DNA of 64,000 nt from a virus (taxonomy: Duplodnaviria; Caudoviricetes). The stretch lies in IMG/VR virus record IMGVR_UViG_3300021387_001614, positions 82,937 through 146,936 of that record. One strand, written 5' to 3'. Below are positions 47,870-56,403 of this stretch, piece after piece (the first letter of the stretch is position 1; each line of letters starts with the position of its first letter). Made by a program: the position numbers and the translations under genes. The notes beneath the pieces were generated by a model, which worked only from the letters and a program-made list of their open reading frames with translations, made no database searches and was not told the origin of the DNA.

Positions 47870-50074
47870 ATGGAAGTAAGAAAATGTGATGGCTCGTTTG
47901 AAGAGTTTGACCCTGAAAAAATTAAACATGGGATATGTGAGGCATATGTAGCAGTTAAAGAAAAATGTCCGGGAGAACTGCTGGACTCATTAGTCAAAAA
48001 CCTTTTTATTTACGAGAAAATAAGTTCACAAGAAATAAGGAGACAAGTTGAGGAATCGTTAATGTCAATCAACAAAAAGGTTGCTAAGGCATACATCCAA
48101 AAATATGATGAACTTAGAAATAACGATAAATTATTGAAAAAGGACGATGACTTTGTTAAACAATACATCAACGCTTCAAACGCATCAACAGGTTCAAAAT
48201 ACGATGCCAATGCTAATGTTGAAAATAAAAATATTGTTACATTAGGACAAGAGTTACATAAAGGCAAGAATATTCAGCAGAATAGGTATATAATGCACAA
48301 TAAAATTAAAACACTATATACCAAAAAGTTAGCAGACCAATATATTAAAGACCTTGAAAGTCATGTTCTTTATAAACACGATGAAAGCGGTACGCCCGGT
48401 TACCCATATTGCGTGGCAATAACAATGTATCCATTTCTTGTAGATGGTTTAAAAAAATTAGGTGGACAAAGCGTTGCCCCAACAGACCTTAAATCCTATT
48501 GTGGTGAGTTTATCAACCTTGTGTATTCAGTTTCTTCACAATTTATGGGTGCTGTTGCTACACCTGAGTTCTTGATGTATATGGATTACTTTATTCGTAA
48601 GGACTATGGCGATGATTATTTGTCTATTTTGGATAAACAAGTAGAATTAAATAAAAAGGGAAGAACGTTGGAACAAGTAATTGAAAATTGTTTTCAACAA
48701 GTCGTACATTCAATGAATATGCCAGCTGGCAACAGAGGATATCAGACCGTATTTTGGAACGTTGGCTATTTCGACAAGAATTATTTTGATGGCGTATTTG
48801 GTGAATTTAAGTTCCCTGATGGTACAGCACCAAAATGGGAAACATTGTCTTGGTTGCAGAAGAAATTTATGAAATGGTTCAATGAAGAAAGAACAAAATA
48901 CATTCTTACTTTCCCGGTTGAAACAATGGCAATGCTTACTGACGGACACGACATTGTTGATAAGGAATATGCCGATTTTACAGCAGAAATGTGGGCAGAA
49001 GGGCATTCATTCTTCTGTTATCTCAGTGATTCACCAGATAGTTTGAGTAGTTGTTGTAGACTTAGAAATTCTTTGAAAGACGGAGAAGATGAAGAACACA
49101 ACCACACAACCCACCAATTCTCAATGGGTACTGCATCCGTTGCAACGGGTTCAAAAAGCGTTATGACAATCAACCTTAACAGGGTTATACAAAACGCAAC
49201 AAGAAAATTCCTTGAAGATAAAGAGAATCATAAACTTGAAGACGGAAAACAATTCTTTGTTTCAAACATAGGTGAACATAAAGCGGAATTATACGAATAC
49301 ATTTCAAATGCTATAACTGATATTACAGAGAGAGTACATAAATATCAAAGAGCGTTTAATGAAATCATAAAGGATTTTTATAATGCAAAAATGTTAGATG
49401 TTTATAGTGCAGGTTTTATTTCACTTAAAAAACAATACCTTACGGTTGGTGTGAATGGTTTGACAGATGCAGCAGAATTTCTTGGTATTGAGCCTAATTT
49501 AAATAATGATTATGAGGAATTTGTAAATCTTATCCTTGAAACAATTAATAAATCAAACAAGAAAGATAAAACAAGGGATTGTATGTACAATACAGAGTTT
49601 GTTCCGGGCGAAAATCTTTCAAACAAAAACTATAATTGGGACAAGAAGGACGGATATTATGTTTCACCAAAACATATTATGTACAGCAGTTATTTCTTCA
49701 ACCCCGAAGATACAGAATTGTCACTTTTGGACAAAATGAAGTTACATGGCAATAGATTTGTTAAATATTTGGACGGTGGACAGGCGGCGCACCTTAATAT
49801 TAATGAACACTTGTCATTTGAGCAATACAGACACTTATTAAAGGTCGCATCTGAATACGGCTGTTCATATTTCACATTTAATTGTAAGAACAGTGTTTGC
49901 AATGATTGTGGACATATCAGCAAAGATACGCTTGATGTCTGCCCTAAATGCGGAAGTCATAATATTGATTATCTGACACGTATAATCGGATATCTGAAAC
50001 GTGTTTCTTCATTTGCAGAAGCAAGACAAACAGAAGAAAAAATGAGATATTATAATAAAGAATTAAATGATTAA
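47870..50074 (+). CDS. nrdD: Anaerobic (class III) ribonucleoside-triphosphate reductase with ATP cone
   Basis: VRK.DG..E.FD..KI ATP cone, PYC, SSCCRL, VPGENL, CxxC..CPxC, TRIIGYL glycyl-radical loop. Confidence 0.97.
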   Translation: MEVRKCDGSFEEFDPEKIKHGICEAYVAVKEKCPGELLDSLVKNLFIYEKISSQEIRRQVEESLMSINKKVAKAYIQKYDELRNNDKLLKKDDDFVKQYINASNASTGSKYDANANVENKNIVTLGQELHKGKNIQQNRYIMHNKIKTLYTKKLADQYIKDLESHVLYKHDESGTPGYPYCVAITMYPFLVDGLKKLGGQSVAPTDLKSYCGEFINLVYSVSSQFMGAVATPEFLMYMDYFIRKDYGDDYLSILDKQVELNKKGRTLEQVIENCFQQVVHSMNMPAGNRGYQTVFWNVGYFDKNYFDGVFGEFKFPDGTAPKWETLSWLQKKFMKWFNEERTKYILTFPVETMAMLTDGHDIVDKEYADFTAEMWAEGHSFFCYLSDSPDSLSSCCRLRNSLKDGEDEEHNHTTHQFSMGTASVATGSKSVMTINLNRVIQNATRKFLEDKENHKLEDGKQFFVSNIGEHKAELYEYISNAITDITERVHKYQRAFNEIIKDFYNAKMLDVYSAGFISLKKQYLTVGVNGLTDAAEFLGIEPNLNNDYEEFVNLILETINKSNKKDKTRDCMYNTEFVPGENLSNKNYNWDKKDGYYVSPKHIMYSSYFFNPEDTELSLLDKMKLHGNRFVKYLDGGQAAHLNINEHLSFEQYRHLLKVASEYGCSYFTFNCKNSVCNDCGHISKDTLDVCPKCGSHNIDYLTRIIGYLKRVSSFAEARQTEEKMRYYNKELND

Positions 50075-50540
50075 ATACTATGATGCAATGGTAGTCTTTG
50101 AGGAAATACCCGACGAGATTACCATTGCAATTAATATTACAAATTGTCCGTGTCACTGCAAGGGATGCCATTCAAAATTCTTATGGGAAGACGTTGGTAC
50201 AGAATTAACATTTGAAGAGTTAGGGAAATTGATAAAGAAAAATGATGGCATTACCTGTGTTTGTTTTATGGGTGGTGATGCCGATATTAATGGAATTAAT
50301 TCTTTGGCTGAACACGTAAGAAGTACTTTTAGCAGTATTAAAATAGGATGGTATAGTGGTAGAGATGAGTTATCCAAAGAAATAAACACATCTCTTTTTG
50401 ATTATATTAAAATAGGTAGATATGATGAAAAATACGGACCGCTTAATAGTGAGAAGACAAACCAAAGACTATATAAAGTTGATAAAAAAAGCGGGAAATT
50501 AAGTGATATTACCCATAAATTTTGGCGAAAAAAGGCTTAA
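50067..50540 (+). CDS. nrdG: Anaerobic RNR activating radical-SAM protein
   Basis: CPCHCKGCHS (CxxxCxxC), FMGGD, TNQRLY; overlaps nrdD. Confidence 0.95.
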   Translation: MIKYYDAMVVFEEIPDEITIAINITNCPCHCKGCHSKFLWEDVGTELTFEELGKLIKKNDGITCVCFMGGDADINGINSLAEHVRSTFSSIKIGWYSGRDELSKEINTSLFDYIKIGRYDEKYGPLNSEKTNQRLYKVDKKSGKLSDITHKFWRKKA

Positions 50541-50583
50541 AATGTTAAAAAGTGTTTAAAAAATGATTTTTTTTGCTATTTTG

Positions 50584-50615
50584 TTTGGCGGTTTAAAATA
50601 AAATACTTACCTTTG
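50584..50615 (+). promoter_or_regulatory. Bacteroidota sigma-A-type promoter
   Basis: TTTG 50584-50587, 20 nt spacer, TACCTTTG 50608-50615. Confidence 0.8.
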
Positions 50616-50657
50616 CGATTGTTAAATTAAATGTTAAACTAAAAAACAAAAAAAATT

Positions 50658-51755
50658 ATGGCAGCAAATATCGAAGTAAGAAACGGAGTTGAGAGTTTTG
50701 TAGAGAATGGTAAGAGTGGTAAGGCATGGCACGGTCTTGGTTCACAGTTTGACCGCCCAATGTTTGTCAGCGAGGCATTAAAGGCGTCACATGCAGATTA
50801 TAAAGTTTCCATGCAGCCGATTTTGGCTCTGACGCCCGACCTCCTTGACAAAATCGCCAATGGCGAAATGATTAGTGGCGATAGTCTTCTTGACCACATC
50901 ATCAGTGGAAAGAAAACCACAATGAGACTTGATTACAATGAGCCACTTGGTATTGTAGGTGATGGGTATGGTGTCGTTCAGAACGAAGACGCTTTCAAGT
51001 TTATTGACCTCATGTGCAGTGGTGATAAGTTCGACCGTGAGGACAGACCTGTGATTGAGACAGCCGGTGTGCTTGGACGTGGCGAGAGAGTGTTTGTTTC
51101 AGCAAAGTTCGCTGAAGACATCATTCTTGACAATAAGGGTGACGACCGCGTTGAAATGTACATGGTATTCACAACATCGCACGACGGTACAGGTGCTGTT
51201 CAGTGCATGGTGACTCCCGTAAGAGTTGTTTGCAATAACACGCTCAATTTGGCAATGCGTGAGAATAGTGGTAAACTTTCTCTTCGTCACACCGCAAACA
51301 TCATGGGCAGACTTAACCTTTTAGACGCAGAAAACGCATCATTTGCGTTTAAGGCACTTAACCTTTACGACGTATACAAGAAGAGTCTTGAAGCAGGATT
51401 TGACCACTTGAAAAATATTAAGTTGGCAGAAAAGGAACTGAACAATATCCTTGCACAGGTTGCACTTTCTGATGAAAACCTCAAGGTTTACAACGCTAAC
51501 GGTGGCGTTATTGAGCACGAGGACATCACCACACGAGGCAAGAATCTCTTTACAAACATGCGTGAATGTATTGAGAGTGGTATCGGTCAGGAACTCGGTG
51601 AGAAGGGAACAGGTCTTTGGCTGATTAACGGCATCACATCGTACTATCAGAATGAGGCGAACTTTAAGGATGAAACCTACAAGTTTGATAGTATCACTGA
51701 CGGTTTCGTTAACAAAAAGGTGCAGAAAGCGTATGACCTGCTTGTAGCAGCGTAA
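50658..51755 (+). CDS. DUF932/DUF945 (TIGR03299-like) phage/plasmid protein
   Basis: AWHGLG, VQNEDAF.F, ETAG.L..G.RVF, TSHDG.G, TPVRVVCNNTL, RHT, GT.LW..NGIT.Y. Confidence 0.9.
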   Translation: MAANIEVRNGVESFVENGKSGKAWHGLGSQFDRPMFVSEALKASHADYKVSMQPILALTPDLLDKIANGEMISGDSLLDHIISGKKTTMRLDYNEPLGIVGDGYGVVQNEDAFKFIDLMCSGDKFDREDRPVIETAGVLGRGERVFVSAKFAEDIILDNKGDDRVEMYMVFTTSHDGTGAVQCMVTPVRVVCNNTLNLAMRENSGKLSLRHTANIMGRLNLLDAENASFAFKALNLYDVYKKSLEAGFDHLKNIKLAEKELNNILAQVALSDENLKVYNANGGVIEHEDITTRGKNLFTNMRECIESGIGQELGEKGTGLWLINGITSYYQNEANFKDETYKFDSITDGFVNKKVQKAYDLLVAA

Positions 51756-51773
51756 TTTAACTTAGCAGCAAAG

Positions 51774-51805
51774 AAAAAGGTGAGCCTTAATTGGTTCACC
51801 TTTTT
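51774..51805. terminator. Bidirectional terminator
   Basis: AAAAAGGTGAGCC/GGTTCACCTTTTT between convergent genes. Confidence 0.8.
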
Positions 51806-51809
51806 GTGT

Positions 51810-53294
51810 TTATGCATATTTGTTATTTAAATCGTCCACAATTTTGAAATGTAACATATCATGATGAATTATACTTTCCATTCCGTAATTAATTTTAACA
51901 TCAACGTAATATCTTTGTGGCAAAAGCATGTTTGTGTCAATTATTATATAATTATCATTCATTGTTTTTTCGATTTGCTCAAAAGGAATTATATCTAACT
52001 CACGAGTTCCGTCTTTCACATAAAGTCGCACCTCTATCGCATCAATAGAAACTACTTGCTGTTTTGTATAATTTACCCTTGTTAAAACACTGAGTTTTCT
52101 TATATCACCGCGTTTTATTTCCTCGTTACTATTAATTCCATACACAGATGGCGTAAAATCGGGTTCATTTTCTATCGAGTTTCCTATGTTAAAATAAACC
52201 GATGGGTTTTTAACTGTAAAATCGAGTTCTACGGGGTCCAAATGCGTTCCATGATAAATTATCCCATCCCACTTATCATAAAGCATTGTGTCAGCCTCAA
52301 AATCGTTGTGAGAAAGATTTATATCAATATAATAAACACCCACAGATTGTTTTTTAACCTCAAATTCTTGCGAATACCCGTAGTCGTTAGAAACTGTACA
52401 TGTTGGGGTTTCATCCAAATTTGTCAGTTTTCCACCTATTGTGCAATATAAATAAAGTTTATTATCCTTGTCAAGTACAAAATTAGACCTATCGTCATTT
52501 ATGTGGTCATTGTAAAAAGTTTCTACAAATGGGGCAAAAAATGTGTTTGTTTTATCCGTTAAGAAACCTGTGTACATGTCATACGATAACTCGTTATTTG
52601 ATATAAAGTCACCCGAACGTTCAAGTTGTGGTGAATAAGCAATACCTATGCCATAGTTTTTAAGTTCACCGGATATAAATTTATTAAAAACATCAGTGAT
52701 ATCAACACTTATATTTTCATTGCCAATATCAAAATGTTGTCTGCCAATTATTATAGCACTGCCTTCGTCAGAAGAAAATTTATCATATTCGTTAGACAAT
52801 GTTTCATTAGAATAAATTCCCGGTTCATCCCATTTAAAACCATCCCTCGCTTGATACCAATTACTTCCGTGTGTAGAAACTAATCGAGATTCGTTACGTT
52901 TGTTTTTACTATCATAAAAATCTTTATTAAATGATGTTTTGGTATAATCAAAACCCTTTCCTCTATCCCACTCAATAGGTATTAAGAACAATATAATATC
53001 AAAAGACGTTGCACGCTTTTTCTTTCCACTGCCGATACTACTAATACCATCACAATGCAATTCCGTAAAATCCAAAGACCCTGCATTTGTAATTCTTAAA
53101 GTATGGGTTAGTTTATCTATTTTTGGAAACATACCATCATCAACCATTTTTTTTATTTTAGAATGGTCGAAATAGCATAGCATACGGGACACGTGCGCCC
53201 CGTATACTAATTCTGAGACAGGATTAATACCCGTGTTGATATTACTGTCTTTTACTATCGTAGAAAATTTAGATATATATGTTCTCTCTAACAT
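51810..53294 (-). CDS. Probable structural protein (beta-rich)
   Basis: 494 aa; NTG.NP..EL.YG, WD.G.G.DY, SNW..A.....W..PG.Y, FF.PF.ET motifs seen in large-phage virion proteins. Confidence 0.55.
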   Translation of the reverse strand: MLERTYISKFSTIVKDSNINTGINPVSELVYGAHVSRMLCYFDHSKIKKMVDDGMFPKIDKLTHTLRITNAGSLDFTELHCDGISSIGSGKKKRATSFDIILFLIPIEWDRGKGFDYTKTSFNKDFYDSKNKRNESRLVSTHGSNWYQARDGFKWDEPGIYSNETLSNEYDKFSSDEGSAIIIGRQHFDIGNENISVDITDVFNKFISGELKNYGIGIAYSPQLERSGDFISNNELSYDMYTGFLTDKTNTFFAPFVETFYNDHINDDRSNFVLDKDNKLYLYCTIGGKLTNLDETPTCTVSNDYGYSQEFEVKKQSVGVYYIDINLSHNDFEADTMLYDKWDGIIYHGTHLDPVELDFTVKNPSVYFNIGNSIENEPDFTPSVYGINSNEEIKRGDIRKLSVLTRVNYTKQQVVSIDAIEVRLYVKDGTRELDIIPFEQIEKTMNDNYIIIDTNMLLPQRYYVDVKINYGMESIIHHDMLHFKIVDDLNNKYA

Positions 53295-53309
53295 AACTAT
53301 TAAAAAACA

Positions 53310-55628
53310 TTAAGGAGTTGGGTTTTCAAGTGCAGCGATTCTTGCCTCAAGTTCCGCTATTCTATTGTTAAGGTCATTAAGTGCTCCCGCCATGACTATT
53401 TCGTTGTCCACGATAACATCATAAACAGCCTTACAAGAAATAGCATCAGTAGAACCGCTATTTGCTTCCAAATCATTTTTAACGATGGTGACACCCGCAG
53501 CACCCGATGTTGCCATTGGAATATCTACAACTCCGTGGCGCGGCGCTATTGTACTGCCGCCATTAAGTGAAACACCACTTACTTTTTCGTTCATGGCTGC
53601 CGTAATCGCTGAATTTGCAACGGGGTTAGTAGAACCCGCACGGAGTTCTGTATCAACCATCACAACGCCAAAAGTCTGATTACCTGCTATCGGTATTTGT
53701 GCAACACCATCAACCACAGAAACATTGCGCCATGACGACGGACCACGCGGAACTGCCACACCGCTTAACTTACCATCAAGTGCTGCCGCAATTGCTGAAT
53801 TTGCAACGGGGTTAGTAGAACCTGTATCAAGCGTAGTATCTAACACTACAACACCATATGTACTTACAGTGGCAGCAGGAATATTGATATTTTTTCCGGT
53901 TATTTTAGTGCCGCCATAAACAGTTACTGCTGAAACATAATTATTTTTGATTTCATCAATGGATGACGTAATGGATGTGATACCCGATGCATCCGCCTTT
54001 CTATTATTAAGGTCATTAAAGGCGGCAGCAATTACAAGTTCTTTATCGTCAATAATCTTGGTAATCGCACTATTTGCAACAGGATTTGTCGAACCCGAGT
54101 CGAGCGCAGCATCCACCTTTACAACGCCAAAATCTGTAGTTGTTGCTGACAAGATATTTACAGCATTATCACTTACCGTTAATGCAGAACCATTAATTGA
54201 TACGCCACTCAGTGCACTATTTATTTTAGTTTTATCCTCTGCCGTTACATGAATAGACGTGTTTGCGGTATGTGTGGATACAATGGATTCAACTGATGTT
54301 ACCGCAGAAGCGTCAGCCTTTCTTTTCTCAAGGTCATTAAGCGCAGCCGATGTAACTTTTTCATCATCATAGATTATTTTTGTAATTGCTGAGTTTGCAA
54401 TCGGGTTTGTTGAACCTGTGTCGAGTTCAGTGTCAACAACAAGTTTTCTATTAGCATCAAGAACTGATATCGCTGTACCGCTTAAAATAGCGTCCTTTAT
54501 CGTGTTATTATCAATATAAGTTTTATCATAATAAAGGTCAGGGTCAAATATGTCAGATAACGGGATATTTATGTCTTCTTTTCCCGCATCAGTGTTAAAC
54601 GTTATTACAAGACATTTAACGGTTGATGAACCACTCGCAACATCGTTTATGGTAACAGATTTAACCATACCGTCCTTTATAAAGTCGGTAGCGCTAATGG
54701 TTATTAAAGCTTTAGTGTCTGCTGTTGTTCCTGAATAAAGATATATATTTTTAGATTGGCTATCGTATTTACCCGCACTAACTTTACTACTGTTTAAATT
54801 CGAAATTGCGGTGTTCACCGCTGAGTTTGCGATAGGGTTGGTAGAACCGGTATCAAGCGTGGTATCCACCTTTACAACACCAAACACACTTGTCGTTGCT
54901 GATGGGATAGTTACTACTCCCGCACTCGGTGTTAATGGGGTGTTGTTTACAGTAACGCCACTCAGTGAGTTGTTCCATTTGGTTTTATCTTCCGATGTTA
55001 CGTGGATAGTTGTGTTCGCGGTATGTGCAGTTAGTGGGGCTATTGCAGAAGCGTCAAGCTTTCTTTCTTCAAGGTCATTAAGCGCAGCAGCAGTAACTCT
55101 TTCGTTACTTAAAATAACTGTCGTTATAGCAGAATTCATAACTGCATTTGTCGAGCCACTATCAAGTTCAGTGTCCATTTTTACAACACCAAAGTCTGTG
55201 GTCGTTGCTGATGGGATGTCCACAATACTATCACTTACAGTTAGTGGCACTGCATTAACTGATACGCCGCTTAACGCATTATCTAACTTTTCTTTATCTT
55301 CTGCTGTTACGTGAATGGTTGTATTCGCAGTATGCGCAGTTACGATGGTTTCAACTGATGTTACCGCAGAAGCGTCAGCCTTTCTTTCGTCGAGGTCATT
55401 AAGCGCAGCCGCAACCACTCTTTCCTTTTCCACCCAATACTCATCATTGGTAAAGGTGACAACCTCACCACTTGCATTTTTAATAGAGAGGGTTTCATGG
55501 CCTTTAGCAAAATTTATGGCTATCTCACCAATTTCAATTTGCTCAGGTGTGGGTAATTTAGGTGTGCTATTCACACCTTGTCCTTCTACAACACTACTTC
55601 TTAAGTGTAAGAGTTTTTTTCTTGCCAT
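53310..55628 (-). CDS. Modular repeat fibre/appendage protein
   Basis: Six (V/M)D..L..GSTN..NSA units, five (S/A)A(L/F)NDL-type units, three HTANT.IHVT.EDK units, one ATDFIKDGMV module; C-terminal coiled coil. Confidence 0.75.
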   Translation of the reverse strand: MARKKLLHLRSSVVEGQGVNSTPKLPTPEQIEIGEIAINFAKGHETLSIKNASGEVVTFTNDEYWVEKERVVAAALNDLDERKADASAVTSVETIVTAHTANTTIHVTAEDKEKLDNALSGVSVNAVPLTVSDSIVDIPSATTTDFGVVKMDTELDSGSTNAVMNSAITTVILSNERVTAAALNDLEERKLDASAIAPLTAHTANTTIHVTSEDKTKWNNSLSGVTVNNTPLTPSAGVVTIPSATTSVFGVVKVDTTLDTGSTNPIANSAVNTAISNLNSSKVSAGKYDSQSKNIYLYSGTTADTKALITISATDFIKDGMVKSVTINDVASGSSTVKCLVITFNTDAGKEDINIPLSDIFDPDLYYDKTYIDNNTIKDAILSGTAISVLDANRKLVVDTELDTGSTNPIANSAITKIIYDDEKVTSAALNDLEKRKADASAVTSVESIVSTHTANTSIHVTAEDKTKINSALSGVSINGSALTVSDNAVNILSATTTDFGVVKVDAALDSGSTNPVANSAITKIIDDKELVIAAAFNDLNNRKADASGITSITSSIDEIKNNYVSAVTVYGGTKITGKNINIPAATVSTYGVVVLDTTLDTGSTNPVANSAIAAALDGKLSGVAVPRGPSSWRNVSVVDGVAQIPIAGNQTFGVVMVDTELRAGSTNPVANSAITAAMNEKVSGVSLNGGSTIAPRHGVVDIPMATSGAAGVTIVKNDLEANSGSTDAISCKAVYDVIVDNEIVMAGALNDLNNRIAELEARIAALENPTP

Positions 55629-55668
55629 TTATATAAATGTTTTATTACTAATAATATTATTGTTGTTT

Positions 55669-56052
55669 TTAAAGCGTATATTCTCCATTTTCCACTTGGA
55701 ATATCATTCTGTCTGCCATATATTTTCTAAATTCATACGGTGCAGTACGTGACATTGGTGTGTCCTGATATTGTTTGAATTTTCTAAATGCAAGTTGCTG
55801 CAATTTCTTAAATACAGAACTGTTCACCAATACATCAAACGACAAGTCAATGCCTCTATTTTTCTTTTTAAGAAGTGCCCTTGCAATGTTGTCGTATATA
55901 GCCATCCACTCTCTATCGTTTTCAGCACATAAAATAATTTGGTCGATTTCATCGGGATAGCCATACATACCCTCATTTATTAATTTATTTACAGATTCTT
56001 TCACAATCTTATGTAAATCTGATTCCGTAAGCCTTATAAGTCTTTTAGCCAT
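55669..56052 (-). CDS. Small leader-bearing protein
   Basis: Start moved to 56052: MAKRLIRLTESDLHKIVKESVNKLINE; TATTTATA at 56073-56080. Confidence 0.8.
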   Translation of the reverse strand: MAKRLIRLTESDLHKIVKESVNKLINEGMYGYPDEIDQIILCAENDREWMAIYDNIARALLKKKNRGIDLSFDVLVNSSVFKKLQQLAFRKFKQYQDTPMSRTAPYEFRKYMADRMIFQVENGEYTL

Positions 56053-56091
56053 AATAAAATATATATTTTCTCTATAAATAGTGGAACAAAG

Positions 56092-56120
56092 AAAAATGGT
56101 CAGACTTATTCTGACCATTT
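56092..56120 (-). terminator. Intrinsic terminator
   Basis: AAATGGTCAGA/TCTGACCATTT stem with U-tract on the minus strand. Confidence 0.75.
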
Positions 56121-56145
56121 ATCAAAAAGTTTTGAATCCGCATAG

Positions 56146-56400
56146 TTAGCGTTCACATGAATTAACAAGTTTCCACCCCGCTTTAACCAGAACACTATAT
56201 AACTCATCAAGTTCATCATCACTTAAACATTCGAAGTCTTCCTTAGAGTGATGATGTAAAATTTCGAGTATTTTGTTTATAGTGTTAAGCAGCTCCCTTT
56301 TTGCTGATACGGATTTTTCATTTTCATCTACAACACTATCAATTGATTCCTTTACAATTCTATAAAGGTCATTTTCCGTTAATCTAATTCTTTTTTTCAT
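56146..56400 (-). CDS. Small leader-bearing protein
   Basis: MKKRIRLTENDLYRIVKESIDSVVDE. Confidence 0.8.
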   Translation of the reverse strand: MKKRIRLTENDLYRIVKESIDSVVDENEKSVSAKRELLNTINKILEILHHHSKEDFECLSDDELDELYSVLVKAGWKLVNSCER

Positions 56401-56403
56401 AAA

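Noticed and set aside
9664-53771. Diversity-generating retroelement (repeat pair as TR/VR; FISUMP or LRR as target)
   Set aside because: Mismatches between the two copies involve all bases and an indel rather than adenines only, both copies are inside long ORFs, and no reverse transcriptase is in the window. A DGR elsewhere in the genome is not excluded.
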